Made by a program: the position numbers and the translations under genes. Below, one piece after another: positions 51,001-64,000 of a DNA stretch of 64,000 nt. The DNA is from Fimbriosthenelais zetlandica (lineage: Eukaryota): the NCBI GenBank assembly GCA_977030845.1, contig OZ365110.1, positions 28,954,001-29,018,000 of the forward strand, read 5' to 3'. Every line of letters starts with the position of its first letter. The first letter of the stretch is position 1. The notes beneath the pieces were generated by a model. That model was given only the letters and a program-made list of their open reading frames with translations, was not told the origin of the DNA and made no database searches.

Positions 51001-54000
51001 AATAATTCCATGGCTACAATTTGGTATAATGTATATAATTATAGGCAATTTGAAGTGCACTATTGCAATAAAGAAAATTATTCTCTGTTTCATATAAGAT
51101 TTAACTGTTATTGTAGAAACATACATAATAAATATTATATAATAAAATGTCATTAACCAGACAGACTTGTCACATCTAGTAACAGAACCTGATTTACAAG
51201 TCTATGAACCAATACACCATTTCCTCTCGAGTCATTCCAGATTGAAATGCAACAAGGCCTTTTCAAATTGAACTTTTCTCAATTGAAATTCATCGGAGGT
51301 GATCATGGGTGATCTGTTGTATCCTTAATGAATATTTGCGTCCCTCGTTGAGGGTTAATAATGGGTCGTGTTTCATCAGAGACCACAATGAATGGTAAAA
51401 TCATCACGCGCTTGTAAAATTGACAAACGATGTCCGCCAACCACAAAGCCCGACCATCCGTCATTGGGAGTGAACATGAAGCTGGAGCAGAGTTGATGAA
51501 TCCCTCTAAGGGTGAACTAGAATCATCATTATCTCCTCCATCATTTACTCCGCGCCCGCTTCCTCTCCTACCTTGCTCGGTAGAGAGTCCACGTTAGACA
51601 TGATGCAATTTTATGAGTGTAAACGGAAAGCAGGAACATACATATATTCTCCAGCGAGGTTAGCTGCATGTACAGGTCGAACCAAACCCTGCTGCCTTCC
51701 AGAGCAGCAAGGATATGGAAGATTTTTCAATCACAATTCAAAGATCAGACTAAGAACCAGTCTGGAAAGATGCAGAATGTATTTGTCAGTAAATGATGTA
51801 TGGCCAGTGTGGGGATATGCCTGTCAGAGCAAATAATTATTGTCTGGACAGCTTCGGACCATGAACAAAAGCTCAACTAGACGGGCATGTCGGCTGATAA
51901 TTGTGTCATGTTAGCCGTGTGAGGAGGCAGCCTATTGCCAGAGCAACTAGTGAGCATATCCTGACTGTGAGCAATTCCAGCTATGGGCAGCAGGTAAGGT
52001 GACAACCACCATTGACCTGCAGTTCCTGCCCCAGTCCGGCACCATGTTCTGGTGGACTTAGCATTAACTAGAGGTGACAGAGGAAGCATCAGCGAACTGA
52101 GAAGTGCATGTAGCCAGGCTAAAGACAGATGTTGAGAGAGGAAACACTGTACTTGACCCGACGGACAGAGGTGGTGAGAGGCAATGGTCGATGGAAATAA
52201 GGCATCCGGGTGATGTAGTGCCTTTAATTGACCCCGTTCACCTTTCCCCTATTTGTTCCACCTTTGGAAGTATTCCCAAACCAGTGTAACTTAGGTCTAC
52301 GTCATAAATGAGCAAGTTTACGGCTGTAGTCGAGACAGACAAATGTGTTTTTTTATTTCTCTGCATGGTCAGAATTCTAGGCGCCATGCATAATTTCCTG
52401 TGGCAACATAAAATTTGTAAATACCAAAGAAAAACAATCAGGTCAAAGTATCGACAACATCTATACAGTACTTCGGATATTTATGAGCACCGCCTTACAT
52501 AGCTATCACATTATCACTCATACACAATGTGAATCCGGGCCATCAGAAGGTTTGATTACAGGGCAAGAGGAAGAGCTAGGTTTTCCTGATCACTGACTGA
52601 GAAGCATGGGAAGGGAGTGACACCATTCCACAGTCACAGAGACTAGTACCAGCATATACAAGTCTTGAATAGGGCTGTGATTGCCTCTGAAGTGTTCTGT
52701 GCTGAAAATGAAACAACCTCATAGACGAGAGAGATGTGGAATGGGGGTAGAGGGAATGGAAAGAGAGGCTCTTTTTTTATCACAGAGCCACCCCATTCCA
52801 CCCCATATGATTAATGGATGCATATGATGACAATGTGGATTGTTATAGTGCATAGACGTGCCTTGTGACGTTGTAATAATGCAGGTCAATTTAAGTGAAT
52901 ATTAGCTGGAAATTGAAATATTTCCCTTGGATGCGGGACGGGCGGGACAATGACAGTCACCATTACTCATATCTATTGTGTTTGGACTAGGACCAAGAGA
53001 CCAAACGAGGAGTAGGGCGACTACTTAACGATCCATGCCAAATAACAAGGCCAGCATTTATTAAAGGTGTTTTCATATGCGTTCATATTAGACAACGTTA
53101 TAGAGTCCACCTCAGCCCTGCCCTCCAACGAAGCTTTAAGTATCCTTGACTGTGGCATCAACAACGCATTAACACTGTTCACTTAAAAGGCAGAGACGAG
53201 GAGGAAGGACTTGTTGGTATATGTAAGGCCCCTATACTCTGGCCTTTGGCACTAAATTCCCCCAGATCTTTGATGCATGTACTCGCCCACTTTCCCCTCC
53301 ATCCTCCTCTTAGTCTCTGTCTTTGCTGAGTATCAGCAGTGCATTAGATGTCTAGTAGGTAAGTGATGGACCTTTGAAAGCCTCCTCTTGGTTCATTCAT
53401 TGCTTCCTCAGACCTCACTCACCAAGAAAGCGATGATGCAGCTACGACTTATTAAAGGACAAATAAATCTAAAACTTGTAGCTAAGAGATGCTACATTTA
53501 TCAAATGTTGTGGTTGATTTAGTTACATTTGGCACTAAGTGTTGGAGGAGATGGTAACATATGAGACGCAATAGGAACAAAAGAAAGAATACATATAAAA
53601 ATGCACTGATTCTTATTGGAAAAGAGCTACTTCCTGCCACGTGGGTGTATTAGAGACTAGTGTTGTTCCTAGGGGGTGCTCCGTTAGTATCAGGAGCCAT
53701 TCTAGTAAATTGACATCAAAGCCAGAGGCAGGGTAGGGGGCTATCAACTCTTCTTTTATCTTTCTCCAGACACATCGCGCTGTCAAACTCGGGAGAAATC
53801 GATTAATCGAGGTATTTGGTTGCAGTTACTGGCGTGAGTGTCTACTTTCTTTGTAATGTAACACATATCTTCACTGAATGAGCTGGGACTGTTGAGACCC
53901 CATCGAACGAAAAACAAGACTTCTCATCATTAGAAAAAAGTATGCCCTGAGAAAGTTCCAATTTCCACATACTACTATACCCAACAAATGATACCCGAAG

Positions 54001-54920
54001 TTTTGCATAAGGCGTAAAGTAAATTCTCCCTTGAGGGCCAAGGATCAGTGCTATAGAGCTCAGACGTCCGATTCAAGTCATCCAGATGCGTGGAAATATC
54101 AATAGGTCATTCATATTTCTGAGCATTGAAGTTGCGTCGATATTTTGGTCACTTGCTCCGTTCACACTGCACCATCAGAGGACGGGTTTCAGTGATGGGT
54201 GCCATTTGAACCGACGTGTCTCCTTCCACTGATCCTGTGTATACATGTACTGACCTTCTCATTCATTCTAAAATCAGTATGGTTTCTATTTTGTTGTCCA
54301 AACAAAAAATATAATGCTGGAGTAGCAACTTACAGTATGTGCAGCAACTTATGTGCAGACATACATCTAACACATTTCTTACTCTTAAGCACTTCAGTGA
54401 AAGATCTTAATGTTCTCACTGACTGTATTGATCCTCAGTAAATAGAGAGAGCCCCTACACATTCAAGTACGTGTATTTGAAAGGAAAACTAAACCTTTGA
54501 AATTTGTCACCATGTGTGTATGCATTTTAAGGCCATTGTTTTAACGTTTTCATATGGAATTTAAGCACCTTGAATGCCGTGAAACAGCCTATTTTTAGTG
54601 AACATTTTTACATTTAGTATCTCTCGACTGCTATGGAAATTAATGTGTTTTCGAAATTATGATGCATGTATATAGAAACCTCTGGCAGGAAATGATTTCC
54701 TCTAGATAATGATTTTACATAAGAATGTGTGGCTCTCAGTGACAGCTTAAAATGTTTTAAGCATCACGGTTTAAGTACAAGACCGATAAATAGCAACATC
54801 TTAAAGCACTTATAATTGGGAGAGAATGAAATAATAAATGACGCACAATAATTTAGCCTTAGACTTACCGTAGAAACAAGGGCATTGGAAGTAAAGATAA
54901 AAAAAGAAAAATCTACTCAC

Positions 54921-55038
54921 GTATTGGAGGTGTCCGTCTTGTGAATTCATAACACGCTAGCTGACATCACGTGCCCATAGCTCGCTTCATCTCCTGTGGT
55001 CTTGGAACACCAAAATTAATGTGTCGGTGTGGAAAAGC
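54921..55038 (-). other. Putative exon of a minus-strand transcript (UTR-like)
   Basis: Acceptor tgtatatttccag| at 55039; donor TAC|GTGAGT at 54920; a second strong donor ACG|GTAAGT at 54868; CpG-rich exon body. Confidence 0.35.
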
Positions 55039-55125
55039 CTGGAAATATACAGTTAAAGGTCTTAAAATAGCTTGGTAAGTTTAAAACGATCAATATCCAA
55101 ATTAATATGGCATATCTAAGAGCTA

Positions 55126-56119
55126 CAGTGCACCCTCGCTATACCGCCCCTCGATATAACGCCACCCTCGCTTACCGCCATGCTTTTACCCAGAACGGAT
55201 TTCCGCCCATGTTATTTCCCTCGATAAAGCGCCACCCTCGCTTTCCGCCATCCGCCATGTTATTTGGGGGACGAAAAGTCCTCCTCACCTCGTTATACCG
55301 CCACTGGTGACGATTTTCTACCTGGCTTGTTACAACAAGCTAAGAGATTAAGGGGCGGGCTATTGCTAAACAAACATGTGGCGGCGTCTCTGTACCAACA
55401 CCCTTTCATTAATCGAGACAAGCCTCACTTGATATCATTTTTAGACGGCAGTTAAAGATCACCAGATAATTTATAGCCTATATGAGTTACTAAGACATAA
55501 TCACTAATGATTAAATTGATGACAAATGTTTTATGTTATTCTAATTATACAAATAGTATTTTAAAACTAGCTAGGAATAATCCAATATTCATTCATTTTG
55601 GCGCTCTAATTCTCCATACAAATTTACACAAAATAAAACAAATAAGAATTCAAAGAATTTGAGAATTAAAGAAATATCTTTTTTTTTAAACATGCTTTGG
55701 TCATTCACCATAATTATATTAAACTCAGTTCTGTTAACGATAGATATGTAGAGATTTAAAACAATATTTAAACAATATTTGAAACCATATCATTCAGGAA
55801 CTTGCTTTAAATTGTTTAATTGATGAGCCCCAATTTCCTAAAACCACATCTCCAAGGTTTAATATTGGTACTATTTTCTCTATTTTTTAGATTTAGACGC
55901 ATATTCTACATTTGGAAAGATCACTCTTTTCAATTTACAAATTAAAGGCTATGCGAGTTAATATATTTTACTTTAAATTATTATACATTTAGGCCTACTA
56001 ACATGCATACATGTACAATGTATTACGTAAGAGATTTGCCATTTCGCTATACCGCCACCCTCGCTATACCGCCACTTTTGGCTAGGTACCAAAGGTGGCG
56101 GTATAGCGAGGGTGCACTG
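55126..56119. mobile_element. Non-autonomous Tc1/mariner-pogo(Tigger)-type DNA transposon (MITE), 994 bp
   Basis: Perfect 23-bp terminal inverted repeats CAGTGCACCCTCGCTATACCGCC; TA on both flanks (55124-55125, 56120-56121); subterminal reiterations of the CCCTCGCTATACCGCC-like motif; AT-rich interior with no transposase ORF. Confidence 0.9.
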
Positions 56120-57550
56120 TATTTACTTTCTGGGGATTTTCATTCGGACTTTATTATGAGCTACCATCTGAACCAACAAAAAGTGATTCAAATCCTCTTC
56201 AACCAACAAACAGAACATCGAATTCATCTACTTCAGTGACTCCCGTGTTCTCATTTTTCAAAGGGGTCCTGGTTACACGGGGTCGAATCAATTTATTGGT
56301 AATCAGAAACCGCACATGCCCCTTTTTGGTCAATGCAGCCTGGGTTTACGCAGCTGTTTTTCCCAATTTTTCATCTGTATTTGGCTTGTTTTCCAATGCT
56401 ACTGGCCTATCAAAATGTGAGTGTGTAGATAATTGCCATCTTTGTAAATCAATCACTTACCGTAGTATTAAGTACTAAGTTTTCCATTACATTAATTCTA
56501 TGATAACTTTTTAATCCAAGTAAGTACATACAAGGGTCACTTCAAGTAAACGATTCTAGACTACTTTTCTTGTTGATCATACTTTAAATAAATTGAACCC
56601 GAAGCCCCTGTGGCCAGAAATCCATCATTTGCCCTCTAAGGTCCATGACTGGACTGAAAGAAGGATGACCCACAGGTGGAAATTATGGGATGGCGTGACA
56701 AGCAGGCTTGGTTGAAGCTATAGATCCTGTTTCATGCGCGAGGTCCAGAGCATACAGTATAGGGAAGTCAGAATTATGCATGTCCACACTCCAGGTGTGG
56801 ACAAGGGGATCGATTGGCTTGAAATAGATCACAATCAGGTCGTATTTCTGCAGATGTGCTTAGAATACATCTGTCACGTTTCTTGGATATCTGAACCCTA
56901 CATCAATGTCAATGTCAATGACTCTTTTGCTCTCTATTTACAACGTCTACGCATCCGTATCAGATATAATTATAGTTATTTTCTTTAAACGCAAATAATG
57001 ACGAGCATCATATATAGGTGTTACGGGTCAAAGACAACAGACAACAAATGATGTTTAAATCTTTCTTCCCAGAAACAATAGAAAAGACATTTGTTACAAA
57101 AACATATGAGGCATTGGTCAAAAGGTCAAATTTAAAGTGAACATTACCAAAATCAAGAAAGCGGTGGTGAGATGTCCATGGAAGTCAGGCTAGCAATACC
57201 AATGTGGAGCTGGTTCTTGGTTGAGAGTTTCCTAGGCTCTGCTGTTATACGTTGAGTTTGGTGTATATATATTAACTGTTATGCTTCAGTGGTTGCATGG
57301 TCTAATATAGCTAAAAAGGGGGGATTCTAAGAATAGTAGTGTAGTGTACAATGTTGAAAGTATATAGCACTAACCTATAACACCCCTTATGTGTGGAAGA
57401 GTCTATTCTCAAAAAGGCCATACAGCACAGAAAGAAAGGTAGGACCTGAGTTATATAATGTTACATAAGAAAATATATAATATATTCTGACATTCACAGA
57501 TTAACACTTATAACACTTTAACCAGTTTAACCATGGTAAGACAAACATAC

Positions 57551-57737
57551 ATTTAGATCATATGTCACATAGGTTCACTGTGAACTACGCACAAATCGCA
57601 TTGATCCTCAATAAAAACGATCCTGATATTAGATCTTTTGTGAAAGAGAAATCCATTTTCAAATTGTCAAAAGCTATACAAATCGTCACCATTATCAGTG
57701 ACACTCATCTTGGCTGCGTGACAACACACACACCAAT
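57551..57737 (-). other. Putative non-coding internal exon of a minus-strand transcript
   Basis: Minus-strand acceptor ttcttttctttctctctctactctctgtag|; possible donor AAAT|GTATGT; stops in all three frames. Confidence 0.3.
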
Positions 57738-60700
57738 CTACAGAGAGTAGAGAGAGAAAGAAAAGAATTGACTTACTACTTGTCACACTACTACTGGAAT
57801 TATCTGTTTAATATAGACATAATCATCTCTGTTGCTGTTGTTCAACTTGTTGTAATATGGTGAGAAAGTTCAAACAAGGTTGGAGTAGCCATCTTTACTA
57901 TTATGGTCAACATAAGGGGCCTCATATATCGCTTAGGCGATCGCTTAGCACATAGAAAATCATTGTCCATGGTTTTATTAAATGCCAATTAAATAAAAAC
58001 GTAATGAACAAAATAAAAATTGTGAAGAATATGTCTATGAAGTAAACTTAAAATACAAATTATGAGATACATTTAGAAATAGCTGATTGTTGATGAATTA
58101 AAATAAAATATCTATTCCTAACATGGAGTCATGGATCCACCCCTGGAGTCAGGAGCTAAATCTATGACATCAACCCTGGAGTGGAGGAAATCTTCTTTGT
58201 GCTAATGAGCTGACACCTTCTTGCTCGCCTGATTGACATCGTTTATATAATGAACCAATTAGGGCGCGTCAGGGGAGGAAATGCTGGTGTGTTTTTTACC
58301 ATATCCCATGACAGCTGTCAGCTGTTAGCTCAGGCTGGCATTGGATACCTCCGATTCATACCCCCTACTGAACAGAAAGGTGTAGCCTCAAGATCTTATT
58401 ACTTTCCTATTTTGATCTTTCTTCAGCAGCTTTGCGAATACTCAGAAAGGTAAGACGGTGTGGAACAAATGATTCCTGCGTACATACAGAAGGAAATTAT
58501 ACTAGTAAATCTAACCCATAGCTGGACAGTACATTTTCCCTGAGGCTGTTACATCAGATTGCCTAATGTATAAGTGATCGTAAGTCGCCATTATAGCCAG
58601 TTGAGACCATTTCCATGAAATTTGCAATGAATTATGATACCAATCTATGTTAACGACATTATTTTAGATCTTCAATTATTGGCATTCATATTGCTTAATC
58701 ATGGTCATGAAGCACCAATTGACTGGTGCCATTTGATAGTCCCCATGATACAGCAAATAGTCTCTCCTAGCCAATTAGTCCTTGGAATTGCCTCCAGTGG
58801 CCAAAGGTTTATACACTAATTGGGCTCCACATATGCATTCTTTATATGTATACCAGTGCCAATGGAGTGTATCCGTCCATGGCTTTGGGTCAAAGCCAAG
58901 ACCTGTCTTTGTTTTCTTTGCTCTTTTGGTTAAGACTGGGAGTACAAAGAGAGGTGGATCTAGATCTTACCTACATCATTAGCCTAAAGGATTGAGGACG
59001 CGGCCTTTGATGATTCTTTGAGGGGGAGATCATAGGATGGACCGAGATGGAGGGACGGGGGAGGTGCTTGGAAGGGAAAGGCTTAATCCAAGGTTATAAA
59101 CCAGATCCGAGGTAGGGATCCAAAACTCAAGTCTTTTCCCGTTTTACAGGACAAAATGTTTTCGAAATACCTCTAGGGAAATTACTAATAAAAACATTTC
59201 CATGCATCACCGACCTAAAGTATCCTGAAGTAAGCCCACCTTCAGACTGGAAATCGAAGAAAAAAGATTTGTACTCAGATGTCTGCATATTGTGTATAGC
59301 AGTAGCGAATATTAGAATTCATAGGCGATACGGTACCTATAGCAAGCTTATAAAAACAAAACAATTCATTCTTATTAGTTGACTACTTTCAGAATACATC
59401 CCTAATATAACAATCTGACAGGACATGCTGTTAACGCCGCCTCTAGGAAAAAACACTTTCAAGTCACAGGAGGATAACACAGAGAGAACCACACCAGCCC
59501 AGGAGATAACTCAGTTAAGATCTAGTGCAATCTTCCCCTTCCCGAAAGTCTGGTTTTATTCTGCAGAAAAGATTAGATTTATTTTCAATCCAATCCACTT
59601 GTCCTTGGGGAGGCCTGGCCAAGAAAGAGATGGTTACTTTGGAGTGAGGAGTATTTGCACAACTGGTTACAAAGTACAAGGTTTCCTTCATATAAACATT
59701 TTCAAACTTATTAATCATTCTTTTATCCGTACTGCTCTTCCCTCCGTCCCCCTCCCTCGCCACCATTAAATTTTCATTTGAATATCTCTTCTCCTCATTT
59801 TAATCTCTCCCCTTAGACCTATTTTTTCCATCTCTGTTTTCCCTCTATTTCTCCCTAGTCCTGCATTCTCACCCTTACTGTACTGCCTGCTCCCAACCTA
59901 TGCACCTCCCCCTTTCCACCCAGGCCTGCCTAGCCTGAGGCGATACTGTAAGACTCCCTGCCTGCCTCTATTTGCTCTGTGCCAAGTGGCTGAACACACA
60001 GCTTGTGGCCAATTTCAGGCACCTTGGAGACCTCTAACAGCTCTCTCTGTTACCACAAACAAAACTCGCTGATTTTCCTGTCAAAATGACACTGTTTTCC
60101 TAAAACCAGCCCCGAGAACAGCAGAGGTAGCCCACTTCAGGCTTGGCCGAACATCAGAAATCACCAATAATCATGGTGAAGTACACTTGTAAAGTCTGCT
60201 CAGGGCCTCCTCTAGGTTGACAACCAACAAGCAGGCCACTCTTTCACTGGCCTGTTTTTTCTCTTTCTTGTTTTTGGCTCTAATTTGATTGGTTAGAACT
60301 AGAATTAGCCCTTTCGATAAGAGTTGCTTTCATCCGAGGTTTGATGCTGATGGAGCTACCAAAATGGAATTCCAGAATAAGAACTCATTCTGACTCATTA
60401 GTGCACAAACTGTCAATGGGTCCCAGGATGGGAATCTATAAGGTTCTCTATAGCAGCCACCGATACAATGTCTATGTATCCAATAGTGTTAGAGACTTGG
60501 TACAATGAACTGGTACTGATTCCACTTGGGAAATGGAAGAAATTTGTAGTCATGTGCAACCTGCATAACTGTCAGATACGGGACACTGGTTATCAGGAAG
60601 CTGGGGCCTGAGTCAGCTTTCAAGTATTGGGTATGAAGAACAAACTAGTCAGATAGGCATGAGGGTAGGCCGACAAGCAAACTGTCAAATCCACCAGCAC

Positions 60701-62348
60701 AGTGTATGGAACAAACGGGTAGTTCAACTCGTCCTACCAAATGGGTTTGCATGAGGTTCAGGCTGGATGAATCTGATTCATCCTATTTTCATCTCATAAC
60801 ATCACTCCATCAGTTCTTATAATATTTTTTTATCCATGGTGCTTTTTCTCCGCAGTTGAATGTGACATTTGAGAGTGTTTTTGTAAGAATTCCAGTCAGG
60901 AGAGTGAGGGAGAACGGGAGATAACGTTTTTGAATAGAGCCCGGTTTGACTGACGGGAGTCAGTGATATGGAACCGCTGGATGGAGAACTGTCGGGCGTG
61001 AGGGTTATAAGGAAAAACGGCGGCAGGATAGGAGAAAAGATGGAGATGAGCGAAAAGTCGACACAAGAAAGGCGAAAAGGGTAAAAGAAGACCGAGAAAT
61101 AACTCAACAGTAAAGGTGACGTTTAAGGAACAAAAGAGAGCGTCTAAAAGACAGATAAGGGCAGAGTCAGAGATAGTTGAGTCTCTAGTCGCCTTTAATT
61201 CCATTTGTTGAAGAACATTTTTAAGGACAAAGTGCCCCCTCCCTACATTTCTTTCCTATCAGTGTCCAACCAGTATGATCAATGTGGCGTAGGAAATGGG
61301 CGTATCAGATTATTTCAGGTATTCGTTAGTTATTTATGCCAGCAGTCGTTTGCTGTTGTTTGCCATCGACAAGAAGCCAGATCGATCCCTCTGATTGGAA
61401 CCTCTCCTCCTTCCCTTCCTTCTTTCTCTATCTCCTCCCCCTTCTTCTCACTGCCACGTGTCATCCTTCCCTTCAGTACACCAGAGACGCCCCCCACCTC
61501 CCTTCCCACCCCCCTCAGCGGAAGATCGAAGTTTCCACCGAGCTGAGGCCCCCAGCGGGCATTGGCAACACTGCGGGTCAATTTAAAGCGATAGGCAATG
61601 AAAAGGCAAGTCATTACACGGCGAATAATCGCACGACTCGTGGTCATATTGGAAGAAGGAAGGCTTTTTTTCATCTACTGATCGAGTCTGGCCTGTACAA
61701 ACAAGCATTGCCAGCATAAAGCATCGAGACGTGATGACAGAAGCGACCCCTACACCATTGCCAGCCAGGGAGAGGCCATGGGGGCATATAGACAGGTTCT
61801 ACAATAGAAGGAAACACTTAGATTAATACTTCTAATATATCGCTAAAAATCAATATTTATCGACCAAAGGGATGCGAGAAATATCTTTGTTACGACCAAA
61901 ATGGAATGAATCATTTCCCATATGATGATTTCTCGGAAAGATTATCTCCTCGCTGAAGGTTAGCGTAGATATATCGTGCAGCATAAACCATTCTCTTTTA
62001 TGGAAGTTCCAGCATATTTGTTGGAGTGTTATCCTAAGTATCAGACATTTCCTGAATTTGAAAGGAAGGGTTATAATTTACGTTCTAGCCAATTAGCTGA
62101 TTTAATTGCTAATTGTCCAAATTTTGGAAAGGACGGAGGCGTTGAGGGTGTAAAACCTCCAGTTTGGAAATTCATTCCACAAAGGAAAAAAATGATTCTG
62201 CAGTATAGAGATATTCAGAGTATGGAATAGCTATCCTAATGGCTTACCATACGCCCTCCCACCCTTTCACCGTCACCGACGCGCCCCCTTGTGGGAAGAA
62301 AACGAACCGTGCATCCCAATCACTCAGCGTTCACTGGGCGTGTGCCAT

Positions 62349-62510
62349 TCAGTTGGCGAGCATTGTGGAGTAAGCTTCACTCGGAGAATTCTCTCCTCTC
62401 CGTTTGAGACTGCTGCTAGTCCTACTACTAGTACTACTATTGCCGCAACCACCCTAGTAGTCACCCCGCAAACTACGACCGACCCAGTGGTTGTGGAGTG
62501 GGAAAGAAAG
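62349..62510 (+). other. Putative non-coding first exon of a downstream + strand gene
   Basis: Initiator CATTCAGTT (TCAGTT 62349-62354) preceded by CCAAT; CpG-rich; no ATG; ends at donor AAG|GTACGA (62511). Confidence 0.4.
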
Positions 62511-64000
62511 GTACGAATTCCACAAAGCACGCACGCTCAGAAAAATTGGACCCATTATATTCATCCAAATCTTGCAAAACTAATTACATACATTGGATTA
62601 TCTTTGTGCATCGCTTAGAAGGTCAAGACAACTGGATTTTGTCTTTTTTTCACACTGGTCGAGAGAGCTGTTGCTAAGTGGGTAACTATGGGAGAGATGG
62701 AGATTCAAGGTGGAGTATTTTCTAGCCTCAATGGGAGGAGGAGCAGGAGTAGGGTCCAGACCACTTTTGGAAATGGATATAGATATGGACTTCTCGTGCT
62801 CTTGTTGCATTTGGTGCCAGCAGTTTCACCAGAAGAGAGAAAGGGTAAGTATGATGTTTGATGCCTGATGGATGACCTTTTTAACTGAGGTGTGCCCATC
62901 AGACCATGCATGTTTTCATCAATTATAATTCTGTGGCCCTGTGGAAAACCTTATTATTTATGATCCATGAAAAATAAATTGTCCTGTCATACGTAAGTGA
63001 ACATTGTGTCTGATAAAATAGTACTTAAGGCATATTTAAATACCTTTTTTTTCGCTGTATCATTTTGGAAGTTACTTCAAGTGATCTTCAAGAGCGTTCC
63101 ATAGATTAATTTTAAAAGAATAAAAAATAAATTCATTAAAACTTGCATTTTCAATTCAATTAGCAGTAAACGGTGGCATATGGATTCCAAATCACTGACT
63201 CAAATACCGTAGTCGGCCACTTTTGCAAAGTGCTAACAGGTGATACTTGGGATTTCCATTTTAGGAATAGATGGAGGGTGTGAGGGAGATCATACCAGAG
63301 ATTTTTCATGCATCCATGCAAGTTAATAAATAAGCGGCGTGGTTGTGGTTGGAGTTTTGCCCTTCAAACCTCCTTGGGCTGGGCTTGTTTTGTGTGACTA
63401 AGGGATCCAACTATTTGATGGATCCAGTAGTGGCTCAGTGGTAGAAGCAGTGGGAGAGGAAGAGGGAGGAGCACACATGTTTGCCTTAACTGTATGGAAC
63501 TCGGTGGTATGCACGTGCTGATAGTGCTAGAGTGGCTGTTCAACCACTGGTATAGGTGGAGTTCCATCTATACTCCTGGGTAGGGCACTGGGAACTAACA
63601 AAATACTTATGAAAGTGGGGCTTCCTCGAAAACAATCCACTAAATGGAGCCTAGGTGATGTTCAACTGCATCTCCCACATCAGTGCCACGCATATGAATG
63701 TGAAAGTCAACTGCGTGTTGCATATCATATAGAAACGCTGTAGAAGTGCTAGAGATAGGTTAAATCACCACGAAAAAAAATCCCTTATATGGAATGGACC
63801 TATAGCTCATCCAATTTTTGAAGATTAAGGTACAAAGTGTCCCAGAGAAGGGTATAGTCCAGGTAGGCGCCAGAGATGTACTTGAGGAGCTGCTGGAGGA
63901 TCCCATACATACCAGAGGGATCCGGAGGAAGGGCAGGGTGAACATGATGTCTAGAAGGCCGGGTGATGGATCCTTCAGGATCTAAGTGGTAGAAGGTGGT

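Noticed and set aside
54869-54950. Minus-strand MNSQDGHLQYVSRFFFFYLYFQCPCFY-G as a signal-peptide exon
   Set aside because: The hydrophobic part is just the T-rich stretch after a strong GTGAGT donor, and I found no downstream coding exon.
60896-61204. 102-aa hydrophobic minus-strand ORF
   Set aside because: The hydrophobicity follows from pyrimidine-rich composition; no domain is recognisable.
62289-62618. 109-aa ORF with a Thr-rich mucin-like stretch
   Set aside because: It starts at TTG, the Thr run comes from (CTA)n repeats, and the region looks like promoter plus a non-coding first exon.
63430-63445. tRNA A-box-like GTGGCTCAGTGGTAGA
   Set aside because: No B box (GTTCRA) or cloverleaf follows, so neither a tRNA nor a SINE can be supported.
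1-64000. CRISPR arrays, rRNA, tRNA or prokaryotic operons
   Set aside because: No regularly spaced direct repeats with unique spacers, no rRNA or tRNA signatures, and low coding density with spliceosomal introns.

Overview
Eukaryotic animal genomic DNA with spliceosomal GT-AG introns; no prokaryotic genes and no CRISPR array. The gene architecture suggests a lophotrochozoan, which is inference. One complete 7-exon + strand gene can be built by hand (CDS 11969..39774, 488 aa). It encodes a type-I membrane receptor: signal peptide, SUEL/galactose-rhamnose-binding lectin domain, CUB domain, sushi/CCP-like domain, stalk, TM helix and a cytoplasmic tail ending HLYESPKFS*. The main observation is that its TGA stop is followed in the same frame by 233 further sense codons rich in phosphotyrosine docking motifs. 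A GC-rich 11-bp stem-loop starts after an 8-nt spacer 3' of the TGA, which is the layout of a programmed stop-codon readthrough cassette. Unused strong splice acceptors suggest further tail-less or secreted isoforms. The rest is intron and intergenic DNA containing a Tc1/mariner-pogo-type MITE, a small hairpin-MITE family, heavily decayed retroelement fragments (Gypsy, L1, DIRS, RTE; matched by eye only), a dense nuclear-receptor half-site cluster, a promoter-like CpG-rich island in intron 3 and a probable divergent promoter near 61-62.5 kb. All motif matches and counts were made by eye; no database search was run.
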